Assembly (NCBI RefSeq): GCF_000150275.1
Contig: NW_002060946.1
Coordinates: 220,678 to 284,677 of the forward strand
Reading direction: 5' to 3'
From: Trichoplax adhaerens
Lineage: Eukaryota; Animalia; Placozoa
DNA length: 64,000 bases
In this document: positions 12,771 to 29,130 of the stretch, piece after piece
Position numbering within the stretch: position 1 is the stretch's first letter
Layout: the number at the start of each line of letters is the position of its first letter
Translations under genes and position numbers: made by a program
The notes under the pieces: model-generated
The model's input: the letters and a program-made list of their open reading frames with translations, nothing else
Databases searched by the model: none
What the model was told of the DNA's origin: nothing

Positions 12771-13330
12771 CCGAAATTTCCGTTGCAGGAAACTCTTACG
12801 GTAAAAGTTTCTGAAATTGCTATCAAGTGTGTAATTATAACAGTATATAATTAAGCTTGATCTATCGTAACTTGAAGAGTCGATTACAATTATGCTGATC
12901 TACCATATAAAGCTGATATTACAGGATTGCCATCCAAAGCTGAACGATAGATAGTTTTCATACTAATTAAACTACTTTAGCCTTTTTGGTTCGCATAAGT
13001 TGAAAATATATAAAGCAGGAGAGTGTACTATCCAAGTGTGAACTATCCAAAGCGGTACATTGCATGACTACCGGAATTTCTATTGAAGAAAACTCTTACG
13101 GCAAAAAGTTTCTGAAACTGCTATCAAATATGAAATTATGACAAGATAAAGTTAAGTAAGCTTGATCTATCGTAATTTAAAATGTCGGTTACAACTATGC
13201 TGATCTATAAAACAAAGCTAATATACAAGATTAGCATCTATAGCCGAGCGATAGATTGATTTTTATATTACTTAAACTGCTTTAGCTTTTTTAATTCGCA
13301 TAAATTGGGAATATATAAAGCAGAAGAGTA
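12771..13330. repeat. Direct duplication, 300-bp period, immediately upstream of the minus-strand pseudokinase gene
   Basis: aaactcttacgg.aaaagtttctgaaa.tgctatcaa..aagcttgatctatcgtaa..ttcgcataa..aatatataaagcag in blocks starting at 12771 and 13071. Confidence 0.88.
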
Positions 13331-15841
13331 TATTTGGAGCAGTAAAATTTTTAATGTTATATATGTGTTGAACGTGATAAAATATGACTTGTGCAATTTA
13401 AAGAGTTAATTTAAAAGCCTTATGCTACACGTACAACCGTAGACATTGTTTGATGGCGAGTAGAAGATACTGGAATACTAATTTACTTGCTGTTAGCTAC
13501 TTTGATCTTCTTAGTATTGGATAATTCATAAACTATGAAGGTAGAACAGTGCTGTGTATTTGAAGTAACGAAATTTTACCTTAATTTCTTCAATGTTTCT
13601 GGCAAATATTCTAGTCGCGCAACGACCGAAACTTTTCTCAGGTTTATGATGCTGGTAGACCACTTTAATGTGAAGTTTTTACATTAAACTTATTACATAT
13701 ATATGGTAAATGAGAAAACTGTAAAAAAAATTTAAGTAAAATGATATAGGATAATTAATTATTGATAAAGAAGCTCGTATTGGATCGAAAGATATCAATT
13801 GTGCTTATGCTTGAACAGTTTCCAAGAAGTGGCTACCATTCATTGTATGCTTGAATAACGGACATAAAACAAGTTTACTTGAAGGATTTTGATACACAAT
13901 TTGATTCACTGTTGAATAGGATCGCCTCAAGTAAAATATTTATTATTAATGATACCGTTGGTTAATCGTAAAAGAAGTCTTTATCTCCTAGTTTCTATTT
14001 AGGACCCATGTAAAATAAAAAGGAAGCCATGAAATCTAGAGTTATATTCTTCAACGTACAAATTAACGCATAAGAAGAATACAGAATCGTCTTGCATTAC
14101 TTAGACCATTCACAAGTAATATGGCTAGCTATAACATATGCTTGATAAATTAATCTTTTGTCAATCAGCAGCTACCTCGGACAGACGGTAAAGGAATTTT
14201 ATAAAGAGAACTGCAAATTCAATTTATCTTAATCGTACTTCGACAATTAATATGTAAGAATATTATGTAATAAATGTAATTGAATCATTATTTTATGAAA
14301 TTTTAACATGTAATACGAGTTGTAGAATTTACCTTGAGGGTATAGATCAATATTCCTTTGAGGATTATCTTTACTATTGTTTTTCTGATTTAGTTACGGC
14401 AATTCGACCTAAAGATATGTTCTTTAAGAGTTTATTCTCTTCTGATAAGTTATGGAAATGAATTCATCATTAATGATGAAATAGACAAGATATTTGTCTT
14501 TTCTGAATGAAATCCGGTTGATAGTTGTAATAGGTAATAGTTAAAATTTATTTAAGTACGGTATAACCCATAGCTAGTCTGTAGAGCTTAACTTTGATCT
14601 TATAAAACCTGAATCTTACTTGCAAAACTGATCAAATTTTTAATACTCAGTTGGTAAAAGGAATTTTAAGAGTCAAATAACGTTCGTATAGGTATTTTCC
14701 AGCTAATAGGATTATTCAGACTAGTGCAATTTTTCTATACGTGTGTATTGGATAGCACTAAATTAAATCAATTTCCTATATCCCTCAACAATCTTCGGTT
14801 ATTCGTACTAAGTATAGTGTTACCATAATTTGTGAGTTAATTAAATGAAGCATCTAGTTGTGTGCTATTACAAATCTCACAATCTATGAAATAACGATCA
14901 TTTTAAAAATAGCGCCATTGTAAAATGTTGGAGGTAATTCATTAATGCTACGTTAAGTGTTAAATCAACTCATCACAAGCAATATAAAAAATACGGCGTA
15001 ATTCACCCATAAATTTTAACAGAATCTATACCTCTGCAAGGCACAACATTAGCGATTAGACTTTATCGAGTAAGGATTTTAGCGATGCCTAAAGTTTTCG
15101 ATATCCATAAAGCGATTAGGTCCAATACTTTGAAACAAGTCTTACTAGCTAATTTATTACATTTGTAACAATCTTTTAACTTAAAGGATTACTGCAAACA
15201 AGCAATGAACTTACGGCCTTTTACGATGAACTATTTTGTTCATCATCCGATGAGGTATAAAACTGAAGAATCTTATTAATTGGTTCGAATTAGATATTTG
15301 CAAAAGCCTTTTGAGCCTTCTACGTAGTACTGCAATCTCTACACACTGAATTCACTCACTCCTATAATGTATTTCCAGTCATCATGTTAGGCTAATTAAT
15401 TTACTAGGTTGGTAAACCTGAGCTCTACTAGTTACGATCCAATTCACTATAGAGTAAGTGCATAAAACCATTAGTGTAAATAAAGTTGTCCGAAACGTTT
15501 TATTTCATATTAGCATATTCTATAAAATAATGATCCAATATCTGTATAAATTAAAGCTTGATACTGTACATAATTGAATTGATCGAATATAATGTAAATT
15601 AAAAAAACTTGCAAATACAGCATATCCATTATATGAGTGTATATATAACATATATATACAAATACGAGCATACAACGTCTTATAGATACAGGCAATGCAG
15701 TATTTTTATCCCCTACGGTAGCGTAATATGTACAATCTTTGTACATTAGCTAAGTGATGAGTAAGGTCTGCGTATAACTTTACAGCATGTGTCACGATAG
15801 GCACATGATGTCGATTATTTGTATTAGATAAATGATTTGCT

Positions 15842-18344
<2,503 letters not shown>

Positions 18345-19247
18345 GACATGTGGCAGAATGAGAGGCCGCATCGTACAGTATGCTTGAGCACCGCTACTAC
18401 AGTACTTTGTTACAGTAATAAGTACTGTCGAAGTGTACTGTACACTGTACTAGTTGGAACACAGACACTACGGACGGAACTCTATAACCGTCACGTGTCA
18501 GTGGGGGTTTGCTTTCTATAGCCAATGTATTTACGGTAAAAGAATTTCAGTATATTCTATATTGTACAGTCTACAGCATGAACCACTGGACTGGGGTTTG
18601 TCTGCGTCAAATGATGTCACCCCTTGTAGCATCCTTTCTTTCAGTTTGTACTGTATATCGGAGTTAAGATAAGGTGTGATTGCCAGTTCTTTTACAGTAC
18701 ATAGTCTATTGCTACAGTACAAACCTAGCTAAGAGGTGACATTATTTCACGTACAGACTACTGTATACAGTACAGTACAGTAGTACGCAGTAGAATACCT
18801 TACACAGTACAGTGCAGTAGAGTGACAAGGGGCCCGGGGGGATACTGTACACTGTACTGTACAGTACAGAGGAGGTCAAGCGTCACCAACCGATCCAATC
18901 ATCCCCCCCCCCCTACTCTCAGAGTCCTCAGCGGGCTCTACCCCAGCCCCTGCTGGGCTGTCACAGTGTCCGGCCGTAAGCCTGAGGTAAAAGCTAGTCC
19001 AAGTGGATTACAGTAAACATACGCGTTCATCGACTAGATTAGATTATTAAGATTAAGTGGATGTAAGCCCAATCTGCTGCAGGCGGCCATCATACAATCA
19101 TTAATTAGAAGACGGCTATTAATTAAAGGTCATCTCTATCGATAGAAGACAGTCGTTGCCATTAAACTCACAATCTTGATTCTTACTATTGCGTTGAAGG
19201 ACAATTTCAACTAGTTTTGGCCTAATAAACATCGCTGTCGATCGATC
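18345..19247. promoter_or_regulatory. Putative bidirectional promoter GPATCH4/CETN3
   Basis: Divergent ATGs are ~900 bp apart; local GC elevation, G/C tracts and dense TACTGTAC/GTACAGTA motifs. Confidence 0.6.
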
Positions 19248-22200
19248 ATGTCGTTGCGTACTGATTACGCCTTAGATAAAGGCGGTAAGCGTCGTGGTAA
19301 AAGGCGCGAGTTAACTGAAGAGCAAAAACAAGAAATTAAAGAAGCTTTCGAATTATTTGATACCGACAAAGATCGAGCCATCGACTATCATGAATTAAAG
19401 GTAACTGTCCTCTTTTCAAGGTTTACAACTTTAGTTCCTGTGTACATGGTTAGTTGTGACTGGATTGGATAGCTTTTGTATGATCGTTAACGCGATCGTA
19501 GTCAGTTGATCTCGCGGTAATAGACGATCATGCAAAGCTTTGCATATTTTATCATGCAGTGAGACCAGCGCTCCTACGTCTTTCTCTCTCTTCTTTTTAG
19601 TATTCCCTGTAGACAACTTACCATTGTATTGTACATTGGAGACTCTAAAAAGATCTCTACAAGTATATTACGTTATCTAAATACGGTAAATGACAGTTAT
19701 GATGTATGATAGGATATTTTCCATACACTTACGATTGGACAAAAATCAGCCGACTGCGCCACTTCACGATACTGTACACTCGATGGCTCATCATAGATTA
19801 TAATACCATTAATCAATAATCCAGGATGGGATTATATAGGATAGAATCAGTTAAGCTAGCAAGATTGCAGTACTTTGATGCTTGAATCAAATGGGAAAAT
19901 TTGAAAGCGACAACGAATCATCAATAATTAACGGTATTCGCTTGTTTGAATTTAGGAAACAATTGACACCCTATTCTGTAAGTTGTGTACTCGGATTGTT
20001 GATAGCTTATAGCTCACTGGATGTCGCTGCTATAACATTTCACCGATCCAGATAGTAGTCAATTGGAAAAGGTGCCCGTATTCCAACACATAGTATATCG
20101 TAGAATGGTATTGATGAATTATTGTGATACTTGAATCTTGCCAACATGCAATGGTCATACAATATTGCGGCGATTGACTGTAATAAAGTAAATGATAAAA
20201 GTGAAAGTTCAAGACCAGTAAATTACACTGAATTCAATGTATATCGTTGACTATTTTAAAGCTGTCATGCTTTAGAGGACTACAATTGAAGAAACTTTTA
20301 AAATGTTCCATTCAAGAAAACATCGGATCCATTACTATCCATTCAAAATAACATTGTCACTAAAGTACGCATTATTGAACTCCTTGACTGACTGCTTTGA
20401 TATTCCGTTATGCCATCTTGTGAAGCATGCAAAGATGGATCTTAATACGGATGGTTTTACAATGAACTTACTACTTTAACACTATTGTAGTTAGTAATTT
20501 GGACAAATTTGTTTGGATAGGAACGCCATGCTCTAATCTAAAGACTAGTAGTCATAGGAATATTTATTGACACAATCATTTTATACAATCACTATAGCAA
20601 GGTCTCGTAATTGCTTTCAGGTATTCACTTATATTGAGCAACACTACTGTCCTGTATTATTATTATCGACGCTATAGATTCGCATAATACGTTCTAATGG
20701 GAATAGTTGGATTACTTTGAGTAATCATGGTACTAAATTAGTGTCGGTATCGCTTTTTCGATAGCTTCTAGCCTTCACATTGAATATCTATTACAAAACT
20801 CGTAATGATCCATGCATAGCGTTGTAGAATGCCTCTATAAGCGAATAATGGTGTGTATGCACTCTTATTTTCAATATTGACTTATGTATGTGTTTGGCAT
20901 TGAAAAAACGAACATACTGACATCCAACTGCAACATATTGACAGATTGACAAACGCCGTATTGATGATTTTTGACCCTTGAGTGTAAAATTCAATATGCC
21001 TACAATACTAGCTGTTAACGGCGTTGCCATTAGGCTAATCATGCTACTATACTATACCTGTACAAGTCATTACTGCAAGTGAACGATTCGTTTTATGGCA
21101 CAACATAAACCGTTGTATAAAATTTCTATTATTCTAATACTATGTAATGCTGCAATTGATTATAATTATATTATGATGCTTTTAAAGACTTATAGAATAT
21201 CTAGGAGGAGTATAATTAATTAATTAATAATGTAAATTCTTGATCGTTCGTAGAACATAGAATAGGTACAATTCAGTACTGTAAAGGATGAGTAATACAA
21301 TCAATTTACATGCTTATTATTATGATAGAGTCATTGCATCATTGGTGAAGGCATGCATGATACGACGTAGCAAATTAATAATTAATAGGGCGATTGTATT
21401 CTCTGCTTGAAGAATAAATTCATGTAATTCTAAAATACATCCACTTTTATTATAATGTACTCAGAATCACTCTATAGTATTGTCTTAAGTTATGTATCTG
21501 CACAACGGTACACATCTTAAGTTAACAACAAAGTGTATCTAGAGCTAATGTAATAATATTCACATGTCTCTTTGATAGGTAGCAATGAGAGCTTTGGGCT
21601 TTGACGTTAAGAAAGCAGATGTTTTAAAAGTTTTACGTGACTATGATCGTGAAGGCACAAATAAGATTACTTTTGAGGACTTTTTCGAAGTCAGTAAGTA
21701 ACCAACGGAATTATTATTGCTATACTCGTTGCGTTGTCGACGCATGGTCCAGTTTCAAGTATTCTGTCTTCGTTACATAGTACCAGGAAATAAATTTATT
21801 TGCATTTAATTTATACACGTATGATTGATTATAGTTACTATGCATTTTAAGAAAAATTCCCAACTATTCCGTACAGTATAATAATAGAAATAAATCGTAG
21901 TACGTTAGTATCGCTCTCATAATAGCAATTTAACTAATTAATGCTAGAATGGACACAAGAACAAAATCAATACTTGTTTAGAAATTTTTTATTAATACAG
22001 ATAATTAAGGAGACGATCCGATAGGAAAGTACTTTATCACTTGTATTTTCGATTAGTACTATTGAATTACTGAATTATTAATGAAATTATTTAATGGTAG
22101 AGTCCCTTTTAAAAATAGCGATTCATTCATAAAGTTGTACAGTTATTCACTGAAACTAGCAAGTACAAATTTAATGACTAATTTCTTGACATAGTTTGTA

Positions 22201-22711
22201 ATGGTAAATAGACATTGCTGAATAGATTTACGTCTGTTTTGGTTTTGCGGTGCATGCAAATCGCTTTATGTAATCAGAGCGAATTCCTAGTTATCTACAA
22301 ACTTTAAAAAGTGCTTCAAGTAGAACTGCAAGGAGTTAACACGCTCAATTAATTTTAAGTGACAGACTGGATGCTTGATAGAGATCCACATGAGGAAGTT
22401 TTTAAGGCTTTCAAATTATTCGATGATGATGGTACGGGCAAGATTAGCTTAAGAAATTTAAGACGTGTTGCTAGGGAATTAGGAGAGAATATGGCTGATG
22501 AAGAGCTGCGAGCAATGATAGATGAATTTGACAAGGACGGAGATGGAGAAAGTAAGCAGTAAAAGTACTGATGAGAGTAATGAGCAATTGAGTATGCATA
22601 CCTACCAATAAAATGATCTGATTAAGTGCATTGACCACTATGTTTGATTTTTTGTCATGCTGTTTAGTTAACGAAGAGGAATTCTCGGCGATCATGACTG
22701 GTGATACGTAA
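19248..22711 (+). CDS. CETN3: Centrin-3 (EF-hand, CDC31 subfamily), 167 aa
   Basis: Exons 19248-19400, 21579-21693, 22360-22551 and 22668-22711 total 504 nt. [70 protein letters not shown] is diagnostic of centrin-3. Confidence 0.96.
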
Positions 22712-24202
22712 TTTTACACTGCTAATAGCTTGATATGTTGTAGCTTTATACGTATCGTGTATAACATTCCACTACTAAAGCCATGATTATGATTATTATG
22801 CAAAGTGGTAGCTGTCTACTTACTGCTACACTGATAGTAACGATATTGTATTTGTAAAAACATACTCCACTACGACGTTATCACTGTCACAGCTATTTCT
22901 TAACTTATCATTACATCTCAAGGAAATGAATCTACTGTAACTTTAATGATCATTAGCAATGAAGTTCTTATTATATTTGCAGTTTATTGAAAGAATTTCT
23001 CTCTCCTTACTACTGATTACGACAACAACTTTCTTTAGTTTCCTCAAGTCCTTCCGATGTGTTTTTTGATGTAAACTATATTATTATAAATGTGTACATT
23101 GCATATTTAGTACTGTAGATCTTGTCATATGTTGTAAGATATCTTTACGAAACCTGCTACAAGAGTAAAGTCTTCAGAATTAAAATAAAGTTTGGCAGTT
23201 TTATTCGTCGAGTACAAGTTGATCTAAATAATCATTTTCAGTCGTTTAAATTCAACTGAAGAATAGTTATACCTGGCACTATAAAAGGCACGCTGCTAGA
23301 CAAGTCAAGTCTTGCTTGATATTGAACTAATATTAATTTTAAACACTGATTTTAATCATTTAGTTAAGTCGACTGTAGATAAATCCATTGTTAGGATTTT
23401 CTAGCCCAGTAAGTATAGTTTATGCAAAGCGACATGACAGCGGCAATTCAAAGACATTAGATAGATTTGATCATGGCAAAATTAATAACCACCGCTATAT
23501 CTGTACAACTTTTCAGAGACTTACCGCATTTGCACTATTCAAGTTGTAGTATGTTATGCGTTAGTAAACAAGTATACGTAAGGCGAATGTCACAATCGCG
23601 TAAAATTTTTCCAAGAACATGTGCATACAATCATCAATTTTAAAAATACTAAACCATTACGGCCAAATGTTAAATGGAAAATTAATAAAGCACTGAAAAT
23701 TACTGCGAATGGCAAATCGATTTAAATGCGCAAAAGTTTGTTAACGTTAAGAGAATTATTGAAGCAACGCTTTACAGCGACGAAATGATTACATTCTCTT
23801 AAGAAATTATTCATGTATGGTTCTAAAGCGTCTAACTGTACTATAATAGTCTACGTGTTATGCATTCTACATCAATAGTAATTCGCATTACAGCACTTTT
23901 AATTATATCCCTAGAAGATTGTATTTTAAGTATGGTTGTAATTCGATATCTATTTCATTACAGCACCTTTATTGGCGAATGGTGCAAAAATGTACCTAGA
24001 TATTATATATAGACTTAATTACGTAGATGTATTGTTATAATTACGCCGCAAAATAACGTTATTACCAACAGTAGAAATCTATATATATATTTTAGCGAAA
24101 ATTTTGCACAAATTTTGGTGAATTAATTCACTAATTTTCATATTTGAAATCTACCGATTTTAAATTTGATGTTATTAGCATAGAACGGTAGCAGAGATGC
24201 AA

Positions 24203-27200
24203 TCACAGCAGCGTACACCAGCTAAAGGAGCGATTTGCATTAGCCTTCTTATCTTTACCACCTTGTGATCCGACATGAACATTCGGGCTACTGTGTGAGC
24301 CACCACCATTATTGTTTTCTTGCTATAATGGTCACATATTAAATCGTAGGTTAATAAATTTGAACTTGAGCGGAAATAAAAACAAGTCATAAAATAAGTT
24401 ACCTGCTTCCGATCCATCTTAGCCTTAATATCTTTTGCTAACGTCATGAATGCCTGTAAAATGTTGATATCATTAATATATTTGCATTATATCGTGACTT
24501 TAGACGATGGCGATTCAAACATCTAAGCTCGATCCGATAATGCTAGATAACGGTAGTTGAACAAAATTTACCTCCTCTACATTGTGACCATCTTTTGCGC
24601 TCGTTTCAGAAAACTTAACGCCATATTCTGCTGCAAGCTAAATGAATTGATTTAAGAAATAACCAACGTACTCTATTAACGATATAATACGCGCTATAAA
24701 TTGCAATCAATCTGTAGTACCTGTTGTGCTTGTTCTTTCGAAACCTGACGCTTGTCAACTACGTCACACTTATTTCCTAAAATCATCTTTTCTACATCAC
24801 TGGCTGCATGCTCTTCAATATTCCTTATCCAAGTCTTGATATTTTCGAACGATCTTTCGTTTGTGATATCAAAAACGAGCATAATGCCCTATAAGTAGCA
24901 ATAACAATTATTAGCAGACTTTTACACTCGTTTGAGGCTTGATCTTACGCTTTGTAACATTGCACACAGCATTGATTCAATTGATACAAGATAGCCTAAA
25001 ATAGATTACTATAGCTGAAAGAGCAATTACACGCGTATAAGATTACTTTCACTATAGGTTACGTACCATAGCACCGCGATAGTAGGCAGTAGTGATTGTT
25101 CTAAATCTCTCTTGTCCTGCAGTATCCCTATCAAATTAAAACGATATTGTTCGTAGTAAGCAAGGATGGCTAGAATGATCTTTTCCTTTGGCTATAACCT
25201 AGAATTATCATCTTTTATGTTATAATGCTTAGGCCTATTGTCGTACTATGTTACAGCTATTATAAGCAGTGTGTATGCTGTTCCTATTTATATCTTTTAG
25301 TGTAATAGTTGCATCTTTTAATAATATACTTTACACTTTTTAAAGTAACATTATTTACGGTGTTAACAGCGGTAAAGTACAGTAGAAGAAATGATAGCAA
25401 CAATAGCGAGGCCACTATCAAATATAATTTTAGACATGTACTTCCAAGTATTAATTTACGATAGCATACCATATTTGCAATTTAATTTTCTTTCCATCGA
25501 GTTCAATGGTCCTAATTTTGAAGTCAATGCCTGAATGTAGTATAAATATTAAATTAAAAATTCTCTCATAAATGAAAAATTTAGTAAATTCTTTAATTAA
25601 GCTTTCGAGATTGCTTCATCAAATAAGTCCAATAATAAAAATCGATTAAAATCGAGTTTTTATTATCTTTTAATGACAATTTACGGAATTTTCAGACTCG
25701 GCATTGATTAATGCGGCAATTGTCAGCAATGCGGTTAGTGAGTCCGTTGAGTAGTAGTTTGCAACTACAGTCTACAGTAATGCAGTAGCAACAGATAGGA
25801 AAAATCTACATGTGTCAACATAGTGGTTTGAACTATATTATCAAAGCGTAATGCTCCTTTTGAGGCAATGATACTAATTTAAGGCAATCATAATGGAAAA
25901 ATACATATTGTACTCGTGTTCCATTAACATTAATGAGGAATGCAATATTAGCAACAAACAGGTCTTAAAAGACATTGGAATGAGTGTTTATTTCCGCGTT
26001 ATTCTCTGGTTCTGGTTAATTAATGTTCAAACTTGAACTTACATATATACCAGAATTGCGAGAATGAACCGAAAGGGATATGTGCGATGAATTTATTCAA
26101 ACATATGACGGTATCAGGATACGCGTGTAGGAAGGTCACGATGACAATGTCTATGATTTTACAATGTAACAGAACGATGTCGAACAAGAATGTAACTGTG
26201 TAACAGTAGAGTTCCGTAAGTAAATACGACGAGCTGCCGCATTAGCTGAAGCCAAAATATACCGGCAAGGCAGGATCGACAGAGGAATAATAATATATAA
26301 TATACGGTAGCATGATAATTAATCAAAACAAGTATAGAAGATTTCCAATCGCTGGGCTAGAAATGATGTTGTCAAATTTCACCGGATTCCATACGGTTGC
26401 AGTGCATCAGTAGTAAAAGTATTGGATCCATTATGGCCGATTGGAAACAATGTCCAGGTAAGATAGGCGGCGTATAATTCGAACGAAGTAGAATTTCAAA
26501 GTGTAGAATGGACAGCTAAGGGATTTACTAAACTACCTATTATTATTCAGGGTGCCATAGTGCGTTACTACTGTATTCCACTTCGGCGGTACTGTATGAA
26601 GTCTTGCAAGAGAGAGAGAGAGAGAAAAGACCTCCGGCAGCGCTAGTGAAATCAATTCAAACTGTCTTCGTCATTGCCGAAAAAAAACCAACCGGATAGG
26701 TTGGCATAAGGAAATACAATAATGTGATGGATTACTCGAAGAAAAGGCTTTGGACGTAATGAAGAATCGGACCCAGTCGAGAAAAAGCTACAAAATTTGT
26801 TACTATTTACACAACTCATGATATTACAGTATATTGTGGGTTTTCATGCCCATATGATCAAAGATCATATCCAAATTTGAGTGGGCATAAGACGGAGGTT
26901 GAGGATTTGATTGGAAAATATGCAAAGGTACACCATACTGTACTGCAAAAATAGAAACATCAGACTACAGCAGAATACCCAATTCATCATAATAAAACTG
27001 TACCGTACTAGAAGTGGGAATGCTTTGTTTAACTTTCTTTCCTTTTCCGTTGAACTACGTCACCGTCCTCCATGTAGCCTATCTACCGTATAATATTAGG
27101 TGATGACATGTTGGAAAGAAAAGGTACTAAACTATACCCGTAATCCAATGATTAATCTACCATCGATGGATCTACTTCCACTACCATAGTTTGTGTGTCA

Positions 27201-28820
27201 AGCTATAGACTGTGATATCCATTTTTACAGTACGATATTAACTATTCTTACTAAGTAAGGAGTACTTGCAATATGCTGTGTAGGAATATTTGAAACAAAA
27301 TCAAAGATGAAGTGTTAACTTGAAACTTTCAAGTCAAAAAGGGTCATGGGAGACAGTACAGTAATATGTTTTTGAAAGATATACAATCAGTTACGATATG
27401 GGCAAAATGAGGATTTGCTGGACAAGCAATTTATGTGCTTGCCCCTACGATAGTTGACTAACAACATCTTGATCATTATGACGATCGTTAGTGGCATGTA
27501 AAATTGTGTTGGAAATTGTAAATAAATCATGTCTTGATACTAGAAAATAAATAAAAAGTTCACTGATATTATGGATCAAGTTAAGACTAAGGATAAGCAC
27601 TAGTTACGATAGGCAATCTTCAGAATTAGTCATCAAAAATTGAATAGATAGTGGACATCATGGGCATGTTGTATTAGTCATTGGATCAAAACATGCAAAC
27701 CCCAACGGTGCACCGAGTCCTTTGCCATTGTGGTAGATATTCTTCTTTATAAGCAATAGCCAAGCGAGCAATGAAATAAAGACACTAGCACTGTCGATAA
27801 GATTCTATGGTCTACAGTAGAGTACAATACTTTGGACTAGTCCAAGTTTTCTTTTTCTCCATTCTATCGTCGTTCTTTCAACATGGATATACAGTCAAGT
27901 AATGGATAAGTTGTGATCCAGCAGGCTGGATGGTGATGACATCACGACTAATCAATCCTCCACCATTAGAGAGTAGGATAGCAATTAGCAGGGTAAGATT
28001 CCCTATCCACTGGGATAGAGAAAGACGGCAGACATCTCTAAATTACTAATATGTTTGCTCTATCACGACTACCATTGGACAAAGTTTAAAGTGGCAGATA
28101 GCCGCCCGCCTAGAGTGCTAAAATGATCGCCACAAGTTCTTATTCCATCCATTCAAGATGGTATGACAAAGTGTAAAAAAAAAAATGGGGTTGCTTCATC
28201 GATGGGAGCGATCCATCTGAATGAGGGATGTATGTATACAGTACTGTAGGATGGGCTACGTTTGGTAGTGCCTAGATGATGATGATGATCAACGACTATG
28301 CAAGTGATTCTGCTTACTAGGTGAAATTGATGCAGTCCAAGTGTGTGATGGGAAGCTTTGATGATCAAGTCTTGGAGATATGTCATCTTTTAGCACTATG
28401 GGAGTTGATGAAGGGAAAAATGGGCATGGGGAATCCTATCGTCCAAGCAATAACATACCAAAAAGTGCCTGGACATACGTACGTCTAGGCGTTTCCAGTA
28501 GACAAGAATATGGATAAAAAGACAATCATGACTATAAATGCATTTCTTGGACAAGGGTGGATGATAACAATTAGCCTGAATATCATCATCGTCTTCTTGT
28601 CCTTTCTATTTTGGAGTGTAACATGGCATCCATGTTATTGTAGCAGAGGCTATGACAAGGAAATACTAGCAAGTTGCGATCCTGCATAATACATACCAAT
28701 CGTTGAGATGAAAGTTGAATTGAAAGCGTCTTCGGAAAATCGGAATAATACACACGTCTTGCCCACGCCGCTATCACCAATTAATAGCAATTTGAATAGA
28801 TAGTCGTATGATTTAGCCAT
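24203..28820 (-). CDS. RAB8: Ras-related protein Rab8, 216 aa
   Basis: Exons 28820-28697, 25530-25470, 25127-25067, 24888-24721, 24637-24572, 24453-24403 and 24322-24203. [83 protein letters not shown]; C-terminal CaaX CTLL, as in Rab8. Confidence 0.96.
26609..26625. repeat. (GA)n microsatellite
   Basis: agagagagagagagaga in Rab8 intron 1. Confidence 0.8.
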
Positions 28821-29130
28821 GATACAATCTGTATCTGCTTTTTACTAGCCACTAAAGTATTGCTAAACTATCAAGAGAAGAATGATTGGAGTACTAAAAG
28901 AAGGTCCCAAAGTGAGTCCTTTCTTGGATGAGTAGAGAGCAAACACTGCTATGTCGTGGCTTGAATGTTGCACAATGAATGTTCACCGGGTAATATGGAA
29001 CGGGTGTCAACGATGCCCAACCACCTGGAGTATTAGGTTGACTATAGGACGAGGGTCGACGTAAGCGTAGTCTACCCTAACTTCATAGTCTGTCTACTTT
29101 CAGCCGTGGCCGTCTGGTCGATCCACCACT

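Noticed and set aside
15510-15746. 78 aa hydrophobic ORF
   Set aside because: TA-rich low-complexity sequence in the GPATCH4 3'UTR; the same applies to 42209-42457 and 63611-63877.
18920-18990. Possible twister/hammerhead ribozyme or tRNA
   Set aside because: Required core nucleotides and cloverleaf could not be matched by eye; CTGATGA hits elsewhere (e.g. ~30630) lack the stem-GAAA.
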